Source of the DNA: Vicugna vicugna
Lineage: Eukaryota
Reading direction: 5' to 3'
Assembly: GCA_013265495.1 (NCBI GenBank)
Contig: MU059829.1
Coordinates: 4,236,409 to 4,300,408, forward strand
Length of the DNA: 64,000 nt
Shown here: piece by piece, positions 1 to 13,035 of the stretch
How positions within the stretch are numbered: position 1 is the first letter of the stretch
Layout of the letters: the number at the start of each line of letters is the position of its first letter
Notes under the pieces: model-generated
The model's database searches: none
What the model was told of the DNA's origin: nothing
Seen by the model: the letters and a program-made list of their open reading frames with translations, nothing else
Made by a program: the position numbers and the translations under genes

Positions 1-1730
1 CAAACGCAACCAAGGAAGTAAAACGTCTCTACACTGAAAACAACGAGACAGTGATGAGAGAAACTGAAGAGCACACACACAAATGAGGCAGCAGCCTGTG
101 CTCATAGGCGGGAGGCATCAATACTGCTACGATGTCCACACTGCCAAAGCCATCCACAGATTCAGCGCAATCCCTGAAGAGATTCTAATGGCATTTTTCA
201 CAGAAGTAGAAAAAATGTGCCTAAAGTTGATACGGAACCACGGAAGACTCTGGACAGCCAACTAAACCTGAGAAAGAAGAACGAAGCCGGAGGCGCCGCA
301 CGTCCCCGTCTCAAGCTGCGTTGGGAAGCTGCAGTCATCAGACAGTGGCCACTGGAATAAAAACAGACAAACCAACAGAACAGAATCAAGAGCCTAGGAA
401 CAAACCCACACATATGCAGTGAACAATACTAGACAAAAGAGCCAAGAATGGTCAATGGAGAAAAAAGTCTCACCAGTGAGTGGTTCTGGGATAACTGGAC
501 AGTCACATACAGAAGAATGAAACCGGACCCCTACTTTACACCACTCACAGAAGGCAACTCAAAAGGATTACAGACTCAAAGGCAAGACCTGCAACCATGA
601 AAACTCCTAGAAGAAAACACAGAAACACAGCTCCTTGACACGGGTCTTGGCAACGATGTTTTGGGACAACAAAACAAAAAATAAGTAAGTGAGATCACGT
701 CCAAAAAAAGGCTTCCCCACAGCAAAACAGGAACCGTCAACAAAATGAAAAGATAAGCTACTGAGCTGGAGGAATCGCTGCCAACCACAGAGCTGATGAG
801 GCGCCAGCAGCCAGAACACACGAAGAACTCACACAGCTCAACGCCAAAAAGCGCAGGGTCCAATTAAAAAATACGCAGAGAATCTGGAGAGACACTTCTC
901 CAAGGACGATACAGGAAAGGCCAGGAAGTAAGCAAGAGGGCGCTCTGCATCACTAGCCATCAGGGGAATGCACATCGAAGCCACAGTGAGCGGTCACCTC
1001 CCATCTGTCAGCACGCTCATTACCAAGAAGACAAGACACATCGAGTGCTGGTGAGGGCGTGGAGAAGAGGGAACCTTTGCGCACTGCTGGCGGGAATGTA
1101 AACTGGTGCGGCCGCTGTGGGAAACGCTGCGGAGGTTCCTCAAGAAGCTGGACTGCCATCATATCCAGCAATTCCACTTCGGGGGGTTTATCCGAAGACA
1201 AGTATACATGCGCGCGCGCACACACACACAATGGAATATACTCAGTCACAGAGAAAAGCGTAGATGCTCCCATCTGGGTGACACTGAGCGCACTCCGTTA
1301 AGCGCAGCCAGTCACCCTGAAAGACCAGCACTGCGTGATCCTGCTTCTCTGTGGAATCCGAAACACACACAGACCCACAGAAAGACCAGACCGTGCACCT
1401 CTGACTGCAAGCCTCCGGCCAGAAGACAAGGAAGGGCTGGGGAGGTGACGTGGAGCCTGGTGGCACCGCTAACGCTGCCGAGCGATGGACAGGCAAGGTG
1501 CTGACGCTAAATCCCGTGTCCTCATCACAAGGAGAAGAATCTTCCCTTTGCCCTTCCTTCTTCTCTTTTCACTGTGTCCACATGCGAAGATGGACGTTAG
1601 CTGACCTACTGTGGTTACCGTGTCGCAATGTCCATGTCACAGTGTAAGTCAACCATCACGCCTCGTGCCTTAAACTTCCACAGTGACAGATGTCGGCTAT
1701 TTCTCGGTAAAACAGCAAAACAAATAAAAG
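1..1730 (+). mobile_element. Decayed LINE-1 (L1MA/MB class): 3' part of ORF2 plus 3' UTR, running off the window start
   Basis: Resembles recalled L1 ORF2 motifs (gccatccacagattcagcgcaatccc; aaactcctagaagaaaacac; gctggcgggaatgtaaactggtg) and an L1MA/MB 3' end (ccttaaacttccacagtg...cggtaaaacagcaaaacaaataaaa). No intact ORF. Confidence 0.9.
1209..1229. repeat. (CG)n(CA)n microsatellite inside the L1
   Basis: tgcgcgcgcgcacacacacac; alternating purine-pyrimidine. Confidence 0.85.
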
Positions 1731-2319
1731 CGCTTAAATCTGAGTCTGGACCCCTGATGTCAGAGTGTTTTTAAACAGGGTTCCCGTCCTGAAGGTGGGG
1801 GCTGCACACAGTCCTGAGGCTGCCACACCCCGACTCGCACAGGCAGCCACACTGAAGGGGAAAGCTCAGTGCGTTTGGGGACCGCACGCGGGCAGGCCGT
1901 CAGGGGTCTGGGAGGGTCGCAGGGCAGAAGGACTCAGCAAGTCAGACCAGAGGACAGCCACCCTGTTCCAGCAACACTGTCCCCCGAGGAGCAAGACTCC
2001 AGATGGATGGTTTTATGATGAATAAGCATCCTGGGATGAATGGAAACACCATGAATCACTCTAACAGCCGCCAGAGACTGTCCTTGAGGAAACAAAATGA
2101 AAAGCATCGTTCTAATGAGCACAGGAGATAAATTACGGGGGACGTGAGGGGCCGTGGGGCTGCACGCAGTGACACGAGGACACACAGTCCTGGAGCGAGA
2201 GGCTGGAAACGTGCAGAGGAACCCTGGTGGAGCTCGAGGCACAGAGGGAAGACGCTGAGAAACTCAACCTCGAGGGAGCGGCGCTGAGGCCAGTGGGGCG
2301 AGTCTCCCACCCCCGCTGG

Positions 2320-2362
2320 GCCTGCTCGGCGGTGTCTGTCCCTGCTCGGCGGTGTGTCCCTG
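2320..2362. repeat. About 20-bp tandem duplication
   Basis: cctgctcggcggtgtctgtc followed by cctgctcggcggtgtgtc. Confidence 0.8.
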
Positions 2363-3256
2363 GCCCCCAACCCCTCCTCGGCCGCCCTCAAGGGGCCCAC
2401 CTGGCTCAGTTACCCACAGGTCCCTCTTCTCTGACCGACCCCCCACGTCTCCACGTTGTCTCCACAAGGCGACTGCGCAGGGACTAACACCAGTAGGACA
2501 GAAGGAGCCTCCTGGGGTCTCCGTCCTGACGGATCAGGCTCCACACTGCAGGGGGGCGGGGTCTGCAGCCAGCAGGCTGGACTGGGCAGACCACCGGAAC
2601 CCCCCAAGACGTGCAGTCTTCCCTTCGCCAGCCTCAGTCTGACAGCGCCTTCCTTTCACGCTTTCTTCCATCGTGCTCATGCATCCTGGACGCCAGCGTT
2701 CAGTAACCAAGAGAGCTACAGACACGCACAGGGAAAGATTCTCCACCACCGAGATGGAATTCACTGTTTGGCACTAATCTCATCAAGGTGAGTTTGGGTC
2801 ATTAAGATCGTTTTCCCAGAAATCTCATTAATTTTCTGAAGCCAACCTTTGAGTCTTTCTCACCAAGAGGCCTGAGAAATAGCTGTTGACCCAAACACTT
2901 TCCAGATGGTTCTTTACCGTGACTCCGCCGTGTGTGTCTTTACTGAATCCTTGTGTTTATGTTTCATCCAAAATTTTAATGTAATGTCCACTAATTTGTA
3001 ACACAGTCCCAAAGTCTATTTTTCTACAAAGCAGGAAAAAAGGGAATTGCTCCACAAATTAATAGCCAGAATATATTACAAAGGAAACGCTCAACCTGCT
3101 TGAAAATTGCAATGTATTTATTTATTCATTCAAGCGGTTTCCTAAACGGTATCTATTCAGTCATGCTTTTAATTATTTCCACTTAGAGTGAAGACATTAA
3201 AATTTCATTTCTATAAAATTACCCAGTAGCCTGGAATCCTTCTCAGGAACTCAGAC

Positions 3257-3295
3257 TGTGGTGTGTGTGTGTGGGTGTGGGTGTGTGTGTGTGTG
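3257..3295. repeat. Interrupted (GT)n microsatellite
   Basis: Directly visible. Confidence 0.95.
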
Positions 3296-3557
3296 TTCTA
3301 AATTCTCTGTAATTATTTCAGATGCAAGAATTACTATCTGATGACTTACAATTTTTTAAAGTGAACAATCTGAACATCTGAAACACCACCTCCAGCCAAC
3401 ATCTAATCTGTTCATAAAAGTCTAAGGAACAAACCTGAAACCTGCTGACCAGCCCACACTGGGCACAAAATCTACATAGAAAGTTTCTGGGTTCAAATAT
3501 CTTTTTTACATTCAGAGAAGCGGACCCACCCGGCGCTGCCTCTTGTTCCTACTTCAG

Positions 3558-4038
3558 CTTCCAGAGAAAGGAGGGGACGGGCCGGATGGTCACTGGGTGT
3601 GTCTCTCATTTAACTCCCACGGAACTTCGAGCCGCAGACGTGATTATAGCGTTGGTGAAGTCAGAGCAGAAGCTCAGAGAGCTGAGTCCCAAGGTCACAA
3701 AGTGAAATGCGGGTCGACAGACGGAGGGTCCAGCCCGCCTCTGCCATGGAAGGCTCGGTGCTGTAACTAAGCTGACTGCGTCCCCTGAGCCTCGCCGGCC
3801 TCAGCAGAAGGGAGCGGCCGGGGCATCTTCCAGGGCAGCTGCGAGCGAGGACTCAGCCCCGTGTCCGAGCCCGGCCCCCTCTCTGGTCACTCCTGACCTT
3901 GGCACTTCTGGGCCAAACCCTCAGAGACCGCAGCTGGCTCCTGCCCCTGGTGACAAGCTCTTGGGGGAGAAGGACGACTGGTGGCAAGAACTGTTTCGCT
4001 TCAACGACGACAACCAGGACAGCTGCCACCCCGTCTGA
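3558..4038 (+). other. Candidate exon or degenerate ORF (single in-frame TGA at 3703-3705); product unknown
   Basis: Good acceptor (tcttgttcctacttcag|). One frame reads FQRKEGTGRMVTGCVSHLTPTELRAADVIIALVKSEQKLRELSPKVTK*...GEKDDWWQELFRFNDDNQDSCHPV*. No recognised homologue and no nearby polyA signal. Confidence 0.2.
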
Positions 4039-7000
4039 AACGCGCTCCCTGCCCTGGAGCCCCAGGCAGCTTCCACCTCCCACTTCCACTCGCTCCTCGG
4101 GGAACACGGCCACGCAGGTGACCTCGAGCCCCTCACAGACACTGCTGGGCGTTCCGGCTCAGCTGCACGGGCCCCTGCCGACACCTGAGCCAGCCTGAGG
4201 GCGCCTGGGCACCCCGCACGCTAATTTTCAGAGAAGCTCTAATCCATTCGTCAGTTAACTGACTGGCTCTACCCCAGGGAAAGGCAGGCCTCTGACTGAA
4301 ACTAGTTTGTAAAACTCGTCAGTTAACAGGCTGCTCTGCACCCAGGTGAACGTGCCCCTGGGAAGCACGGCCTGAGAAGCTCCCACCAAACGCGCGGTGA
4401 TCAGTGAGCGGGGGTCTCCAGGGACCAGAGGCTTTTGCAGAAGGTGGGACGGCCCGCAGCTGGGTTCCTGGTGGGATGCAAAACGCTGTGCCTCCTCCCG
4501 CCACACCTTCACCTCCCAGCCTCTCTGCACGGGTCGGGCAGGGACCGCCCAGGGAGGGGGGCTCTGGGACGTGCAGCCGCCTCCCGCTGGGCTCCGCGGA
4601 GATCAGGGCTCATCGCAGGAGGCACCTTCATCAAGAGCAAATCAGCTCAGCCCTCTTGTCTTCCTGAAGTTAAGCCACACTCTGCACCACAACTAGGCGT
4701 CGTCCAAAGTCCCTGCAATTATTCCCAAACCGACAAGCTCACAAAAGAAAACCTGCAGGGCCTTTCTCTCCAACTTCTCCACGACTCAGGGCAGGTTGTC
4801 GAGCCTGTCGCCAAGAGCGAACACTGGACGTGAAGTAAGCACCAGCCCTGCCCGTCCCCGATCCACTCTCCAGCGGGGCAGCTCTGGAGGGGAGATGCTG
4901 CCTCTAAGGCCACCTTCCAGTGGCCCAGGGACTCGCCTGCCCCCAGAGGAGGCTGACTGCTAGGACCCCGGAGAAAGGACATGTTCTTCTGGTGCAACCC
5001 ACAGCCGACCAGAAGTCCCCACGAGGGGAGCAGGGGAGATGATGACGACAGAAGGCACGTGGACATTCAGTCCTCTGGACGTCACCCAGCTCCTTCCTCT
5101 CGAATCTCTGGGTCAGGGATGTCGAGAGAGCAGCCATGTGGACAGAGGCGGTTCACGTCGGAAAAGCTCAGGTCAGGTCAGTGAGGGAGGAACGATGAAG
5201 ACCCGCCGGGCTCAGGCTCACCCACTGGGCCCACCAAGCCTCCTGCGCGGGAGGCCATCACGGGAGCTCCTGGGGACAGCGTGTGGCACGTGCCTCCCAC
5301 CTGTCACCTGGGGTAGACCCACTGCCCACGACCAAGAGCCAGCCCCACCCTGTTCTCCGTCAGTTCACAGTCACCCAAATACGTCAGAACTGAACCAGCT
5401 GAAAACAGGTTTCCATGCACACTCCAGCACGACGTGCGAATTCACTCGTCCCGGACAGACCCTCCATGTGTGGGTGCCTGCGTGGAGATACGCCTTCTGT
5501 GCAGGTGTATCCACGCACATGCACACAGTAAAATATAACCTATCTATAGAAGAGCTTGAGACAATTTACAGAAACACCCAAAACAAAACTGAAGTGCGCT
5601 GTCCAGAGGTGACCCTCCACAACACAGAAACAGTCACGAGGAACAAGAAGAGGTGAGACCCAGCCCCTGCCGGCGGTGACATCGAGCCCCGACCTGCGTC
5701 TCCAGGGTGTGGCCTCACCCCTGAGAGCAAAGCGAAGAGACTGCACGCTCCGCGCAGTAACGCGGCTCACACCAGGTTTGCTGGCATTCCGACAGAGGCC
5801 CGGTGGAAAACACAGAAATGGAAGTAAACGTTAATTAAGCTGGAAGGAAATATTCCTGGACTTCGGGGAGAATCAGAAATGCCAACAGCCTCAGCTGAGT
5901 AAATGTGCCTCATTTGGAAGCATCTTCGCCAAGTGCAGTGGGTCCCGGCAAACCCGCGTCTGCAGGGCCCTCCTACGAGCGCAGGGACACTCGCGTGTCC
6001 AGCCTCCTGGGAGCCGCTGCAGAGACAGAGGCCAGGCCCCTTGGACACAGGTGGCCGCGCCCTCCGTGCAGGCCTACTGGAAATCTTCCTTCGCTTTCCC
6101 TCCGAGTCTAGAGACCCAGCTCAGCCCCCTTCTCGGCACAGCAGAGCGGGTGGCAGCTGCGCATGACGTGAACCCGTTCGTCTTCCTGGCAAGCAGGACG
6201 GTACAGGTTGGACCCCAGGGCCTGCTGAGCCTCCCGGCCCAGCCCCACCGGCCACACCGGGCGGCCACCTGCCAGCCTCTCTAAGCTCCGCTATTTGCAG
6301 AAGGGGGACAGGCTTTCATCAGGGGGCTACTTCTCAGAGTGAAACTACAGAGAAAACAGGCTTAAAGACGCTTCACAGAGAAACAGACGTGATCAGTAAC
6401 ACGTCCTCTTATCGGGCAAAGTCCCTGCTTCTTCAGGAGGGGGGGCCGCCCGCCAGAGGGCCTGGTCCTTCTCCCAGCTGCTCACTCACGGCCTCCACGC
6501 CCCCCCACAGAGAACCGTCCACTGATGCCAAGACCCGCATCTCCTGTCTCTGCGCCCAGCCCCTCCGGCGACCAGACACGGGGAGGAACCTAGATGGCAG
6601 GGCCCTCAACCCCGATTCCTGCCTTCCAGGCCCATGACCCGCGCTGCGGCCCCTCGGCGTTGATTACACGTCCCTGAACCACAAGAAAGGAGGTGAGGAG
6701 GTGGGCAGACTGTCCGGACGTCCACAAAGGCCTCCAGGAAGACCGTCTCCTCAGGGGATCCTCCGTGGGGCCACAGGATGTGTGAGTCTGGATCTCAGTA
6801 TTAACAAGGAATTCACTTTTCTCAGGTGCAAACTCTAACCCAACTCAGGCCCACAGAGCAGAGCTGGTCATTAGTCCAGAGGAAGCTGCCTGACGGACAA
6901 ACACTAGCCGCCACCAGCCTGGCGTCTCAGAGAGCAGGGCCTGGGAGCTCGCGCACGCAGGCCCCTCCCTCACAGGTTCAGGAACCTTCTGTGTCATCTT

Positions 7001-7299
7001 CCTCACCCCAAGTGTGCTCTCCCAGGCTTGCCAGGTGCCTCCCCCGGCACCCACAGCCCCGAGCTGTCTCCGCCCCATGGTCTGCGGTCCAGCCACCGGT
7101 GGGTCCCGCCCCGCCGCAGACTCCCGCCCCGCCCGTGGCAGTCCCGCCCGAGCGTTCTTCCCATCACGTGAAGCCGGCTGCAGACTTGACCTCCTGGGAG
7201 GGCCTGGTCCCATCACAACCCCGAGTCCAGGCCAGGCCCCCCCAACTGCCAAATGTGTCTGAATCACCATAAGATCGTTTCTCTGTCATCAAAAGTAAA

Positions 7300-7520
7300 G
7301 CCCCAGCCGGTGTTTCCCAAATCGGCACAAATTTGTATCCAGCAGAGTGTGAACCGGCGCTGCTCCCCTCTGTGTCGCGAGTGGGAAGCGGAGGCCAGAA
7401 ACCCTTAGAGGCCTGTTCTGTCTCTGGATGAACATTCCTCTTCCAGAAATTTCTGGTGGGCTACACATCCCATCTCAGCAGTCCAGTGTCTTAAATTTTA
7501 GCTAAACTGGACCAGTTTCA
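7300..7520 (-). mobile_element. Highly decayed old L1 fragment
   Basis: gtgtttcccaaatcggcacaaatttgtatccagcagagtgtg and ttaaattttagctaaactgg resemble antisense L1 ORF2 3' motifs. Confidence 0.4.
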
Positions 7521-10500
7521 CTCCTGTGCACAGTGGAAATCGGAGTCTCCACCGCAAACATCTGTGAGGTGTCATCCTCGCTTCCAACACTGGTGAAACG
7601 TCTGCCCAGGTCTGAGCCCAGGGAAAGCCACCGGGAGCAGCTGGGGACACTCCGGGGAGTGCCGGCAGCACGGCGACTGCGCGACTGAGAAGAGTCGGTG
7701 CCGTCTATATTTGGAGTTTGCGGTTGTCTTTTTATTTATTTAAGTTAGTGGTTGCTAAGAAAGGCACACCCTAAGGACGTGGCAGGGGTCACCCCCAAAG
7801 CCTTCCTCAGTGCACGGGGGACCATCCCTCCGGGTGCCGACAGCTCAGGCACTGCGCCAGCGAGTCACTGTCACAGACGGAAGTAACATGTGCTTAGCTC
7901 CCGCCACATTGTTGCAGCGTGAGTCACCAGCCTGCTGGGAGGGGCTCTGAAGTCCACGACGGAAGCACCGCGAAGTCTTGTTGTTACTGCCTGCTTTTAC
8001 ATGACAGCAAATGCATGCCCGGGCCATTCTGGTGATGCGATGTCGTCTTCACGGGCATTTAAGAGCTGCCCCCGCAGCAGCCCCTGATGCACAGTTACTC
8101 AGAATAACTCCCGCACGTGTTCCTTCCGCGGCAGCCTGAGCTTGTGCAGTTGACGGAGGGCCCTGGTGAGAATGAAGGAAATGCCGGGGGAGTTTGGGAC
8201 AGACCTGAAAGGCCCGGTCTAGGGCCACAGGCGGGCACTGCAGACCAGGCGTGGGGGTGCTGGAGGAGCAGTGAGATGGCATCACGAGAAGACGCAGGAC
8301 AGACGTGATCCAGGCCATCCCCGCATGGCTGCAGAGAATCCCGGGACAGAACCACCCCTCTCGGGGCGAGTGCAGGTGACCGTCTGCACGGCCCTGCAGA
8401 CATCCACAAAGCACCCCTGCTTGTCCTTTCCGAGGGTGACAAGTCATCAGAAGACTCTCACCACCTCCCCCACCCCCCCGAGTCAGCCTGAAGCTCAGGT
8501 AGGTCCGGACGTGGCCAAAGCCCGGGCCCCGTGTCAGCCGTGGTCCTCTGTGAGCTCGGGGCCCTGCCATCTGCACAGGGGAGCCCTGGATGGCCAGGTC
8601 TCTGAGCTCCACCTCCCACAGGGAGCAGCCTGGCGTGGAGGCTGCTGCCGAGATGCTGCAACTCTGCAGCTGCTCCTCCCGACGGCTCTGCTCCCAGGGC
8701 AGCAGGACCCGGGAAGGGCAGACCCACGGGCCCAGGAGGAAGACGACCCCGGGCACACGACGGTCACAGAAGCAGGCGGACTGATGACTGAGGAACAGAA
8801 CCCTTGCTTCCTCGTGAAACAAGTCTGCTCGGACCATAGAAACCCATTCTGAATCAAGTCATGGTGGTCTGAGGCAGATTTCCACATGTGGGAAGGACAC
8901 GGGGTTTATTCAGCCATAAAGTCATTCATGTCATATGTGCCTCTAGTGGGTACCCAGAGAGGGGAGGGGTGGTCACCCCTAAGCCACCTGCTGGGAACTT
9001 GCAAAGGTCTACATGGTGCTGAGGACACTACCAGACAGGTTACGTGGGCTGGTGGGGCCAGAGGGAACGCGGTGGTTTACCCCACGTAACCAGAGCTGCT
9101 TTGTGGCCGGCCACCTCTCCCTGTCACTGGGACACCCGCCAGCGGCTGCCCCGGGGACGCCCCACCACGGTGAGGCCCCTGGGGGAGCACCGCCTCCCTC
9201 GGCTCCAACGTACCACCTGTCCTGCCTTCCAGCTCGAGGACTGAGTAGTGCGGTCAGGGTTTGCGTCCACTTTTTTGCAGACCACAGCCCGGTGCCCACG
9301 ACGCCTCACACACCACACACGCCGCAACAAGCCCTCACAGGAAACTCCACGGCCGCGTCTCGGGTCCCCGACATCGGGGGGCTGTCGGCATCCGGCCACA
9401 GAGGCCTCGCCAGACGGGCCCGGGGGATCTTCCAGAACACAGACAAGCTCTCCGCCTGGCTTGGTGCCCGGCTGCATGGGCACGTGCACACCTGGTACCT
9501 GGGCATCCCCCGTATATGGGATACATCGATAAAAAGGAATAAATTTGCTTTATGAGAGAAATAAATTACAACCTGGATCCTCATTAGCTTTGTTTTAAGA
9601 GTTTGTGTCACTGGGAAGGCGTACCTGTTTTGACTTTTTCTCTCAACTTCATGGGGCTGCCAGGAATACGACAGGAGCTCTGCGTGGCCCCGTGCACGTG
9701 CTCCTCCAAGTAAAGGCAAACAAGATTAAGTTTCCACTGTAACTGTCCACTATCAAACACCAAACGGTTTAACTGCATTTACTCAAACAATAATCCAGCA
9801 TTTACTTCTAAGGGAATGCTTCAATTTTCCATCCACTAATCAGTTTCCTCATAATTATTCGTGCACTGCAGCTGGTGTTACATAGTGAGTATTTTTCAAT
9901 CTACTCTTGGCAATCACCAGGTATAGATTTGAGGGTTTGCTATGAAGACCAAAACATTTTTACTGTTTATACTCAAAAAATTTACACTCACATTATATAT
10001 ATTTCATAAAGTATTACAACTCTGCATAAGGGCATGTTAACGTCGTAATTGCTACCCCAGGGTCATTTAATATGTGTATCTGTTTTTAACTGTGATTGCA
10101 GTCCACATAGAAAAACAGATCTATTTAAAACTATAATGCATAGGCATCAGGGAGAATTAATTTAATTACTCAGGGCCTTATTTATTTTACCTTCCTGAAT
10201 TGAAAAGAAAATTAACATAATAATTTTTAGTATTACTAATACTGAACAAACACAAATGAAACAATCAAGTTTGGAACTCCTTCCACGAGGCCACGGTGCC
10301 TATGACGCAGCCGCAGCAGGGGCAGGGTCTCCAGGCGGAGCTGCCGGTGCGGGGAGCAGGGAGCCTGGAGACCCGGGGCCCCCTTCCTGTGAGCTGCAGC
10401 CCTTGGGGGTGGGCAAGGGAGCCTCGTCCCGTCCACACCTCGCTCCTCTGCAGTGCTGAGTGGTCCCTTCTCCCAGACTGCAGCCTGGAACCAGCAACAT

Positions 10501-10620
10501 GGACCCATGTTTACTTGCTCGGGCCCTTGAGGGATTAAAGAAGTGAAGTCCGTGAAACACTCCAGGCGCTTTGGTGTTACAGGAAGTCGCTTTATAGCTC
10601 TTATTAAACCCTGTTTAAGA

Positions 10621-10648
10621 GTGTGTGTGTGTATGTGTGTGTGTGTGT
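10621..10648. repeat. (GT)n microsatellite
   Basis: Directly visible. Confidence 0.95.
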
Positions 10649-12878
10649 TCAAACTTAACTCCCAGTAGAAGCTGGGAGTTGCGACAGAGACACAGATAAA
10701 TCTGTAGGGACCTCGGGCAGATATGCGCGGCAGGTACAGACGCTTCTGTGGCAGAGACCGTGGGTGCCGCGGTGGACAGAGCCGGTGGGCAGACCACCCC
10801 CCTAATTAGAAGAGCAGCCGGAGGCCAGGGTGGGCACGAGCTCTCCTGTTGGCTTTGCCTACCGCCGGGAACACAGGTCCCAGGTCCCAGGTGGTCAGAG
10901 TGGTGATGGGGACAAGGCGACCACAGTGCTTCCCGGGATGGACAGAGCAGAGTCACAGATGAGACCCTTCCTCAGCACGAAAGAAACCACCCTCACGCTG
11001 CTAGAACGTCCACACCCCGTGCTCGCCCCCAGACGGTGCAGTGTGGGTTTGAAAGTCGGGCTCCTTTTGTGCTTCAGAATCAGGGAACTGAGCAGGAGGT
11101 AAACACTGGGGAAAAGCAAGAGAGATGCCTGACCTTCTACCTCAACGTCGCCCTCTAAAGCACACGTGAGACCAATCGCTATGCATCAAGGCTCCTGCAC
11201 ACGGGGGCTCTGCTGTCAGAATGGGGATCCCCATTACACAGCACAGTCGTGACCAGTGGACAGAGTGATCGGCCCTGGGTGAGTTCGTCACCACCTCGGG
11301 AAACCCTCACTGGCCACCAGTGCCTCCTGGAAGAGGGGGAGCCTTTACCGCCTGCACAGGTCCAGAGCAAAAGCCACGAGGTGACGCCTCTGTAGACTGT
11401 CACGGAGACACTGCCCATGGAATCTTCCTCAAATCCACCCGGCGTGGCTTCCAGATGCTCCCCGCTCAGGGACCACACCAGACGCCCTGCACCCCGGACC
11501 CTTAGCTCCAGCCAGCCCCCACGTCCTGCCACGCCAGCCACAGCCCGTCACGATGGGGAGCACTGCCGCACTCGGTTCTGCCTCTTCAGGCTTTGTCTGT
11601 TTTCTCCGTTTGAGATTGAAATGCAATGGAAATACATGCTAGCGAAGATTAAAGACACAAATCAACAGAGCTGCACAGCAAGAAACCAAGACAGCGTTGC
11701 TCATCCCTGACGCGGACCCCCGTCCAGCAGGAGGGGACTTGTGTGCAGACTCGCTGGCACAAACACGGCGGGGAAGGTGAGGAGGCCTCTGGCGACGGGG
11801 TGGCGCTGGGGCCAGGGGACCACATGTTCCATCCGGAGAACCTGATACAACACCCAGGCTGACTGATGGAATTCCTCCCCTGAGCAGAAGCTACTCCAGG
11901 AACATACGGAGAAAAGATAAATAAATACGCAGCTTTGGCAAAGACCCCAAAATCAAGTCCAGTTGTGCAGCACAGGCGTCCAAAGAGCCGAGCCGCGGCA
12001 AAGGCTCTGAAAGCACCCATTCGCGTGCCCACCTCGCTGAGGGCGGTCCCCCCCAGGACGAGGACTCTCAGACCAGGAGCGGACGTGCAATCACACATGT
12101 GACGACTTACAGAACCACTATGTGTCACGCAGGCAGCGTTGTTCGTCACATATATTGCACGTAGCACTACACACCACACACAGGCTGTAACTACACATAT
12201 TTACTTAGACACACAAACAGATGATTAGACCACGTTGGCTCAATTGTTACATACCAATGAAAGTATATTCAATTAGAAAAAGTTAACACGGCGTCAGCAT
12301 GACCTCCAGCACGTAGACCTCCCTGGTTTCCAAAGCTGTCGCCTGCGTGTGTGAACAGGGCCGCGGCCGAGCGCTGGGAACGCTCCCTCTGCGGCTGGCT
12401 GCACGCCTCCCGGGACGCGTGGTCCTGTCCGACCCAGCAGGATCATGTCTCTAGTGTTTGCCTCTGTTACCTCAAGAGCACATGGAGGAAGCGTGGCCAC
12501 CACGCACCCCACCTGGGGTCTCCCGACGGGCATAGGGCAGAGCCCCAGGCGAGTCCCTGTCCACAAGACAGAGGAGGGAGGCACTGAGGTCATGGGGCCA
12601 GGAAGGGGCTACATCCACAAGGAAACTGGGGAGGGTCTCCGAGAACCATCCTTTCCAGCCAGAACGTCCCACCGCGCAATCCTTCCTCTTCACCTCGTTT
12701 AAACACCCAGAATGAGCTGGGAGCATGGACCTCCCAGGGTGCGGAAGTGACACGTGTGACAAAGGGTGGAAACAGGGCCTCCGACTGAGTTTGCTGAAAT
12801 CCAGACACCACACACTTCAGGGGCACCAGGTGGCCAAACTGCTGTCACTTAAGGTTCTGTTTAACCATGAGGTGCAGC

Positions 12879-13035
12879 CTGACAGTGTCGGGGTCCGTCT
12901 GACCCGGGCCGCGGGTCGGGGCACATCTGACCCGAGCCGCGTGTCGGGGCGTGTCTGACCCGGGCCGCGGGTCGGGGTGCATAGGGTGTGTCTGACCTGG
13001 GCCGCGTGTTGGGGTGCGTCTGACCCGGGTCGCGC
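12879..13035. repeat. GC-rich minisatellite, 28-bp unit, about 5 copies
   Basis: Units tctgacccgggccgcgggtcggggcaca, tctgacccgagccgcgtgtcggggcgtg and variants; one unit carries a 9-bp insertion. Confidence 0.9.

Noticed and set aside
3703-3705. Selenocysteine or readthrough at the in-frame TGA
   Set aside because: No SECIS-like element or selenoprotein context was recognised, and the ORF itself is unproven.
12879-13035. CRISPR-like array
   Set aside because: Eukaryotic DNA; contiguous tandem units with no unique spacers and no cas genes.
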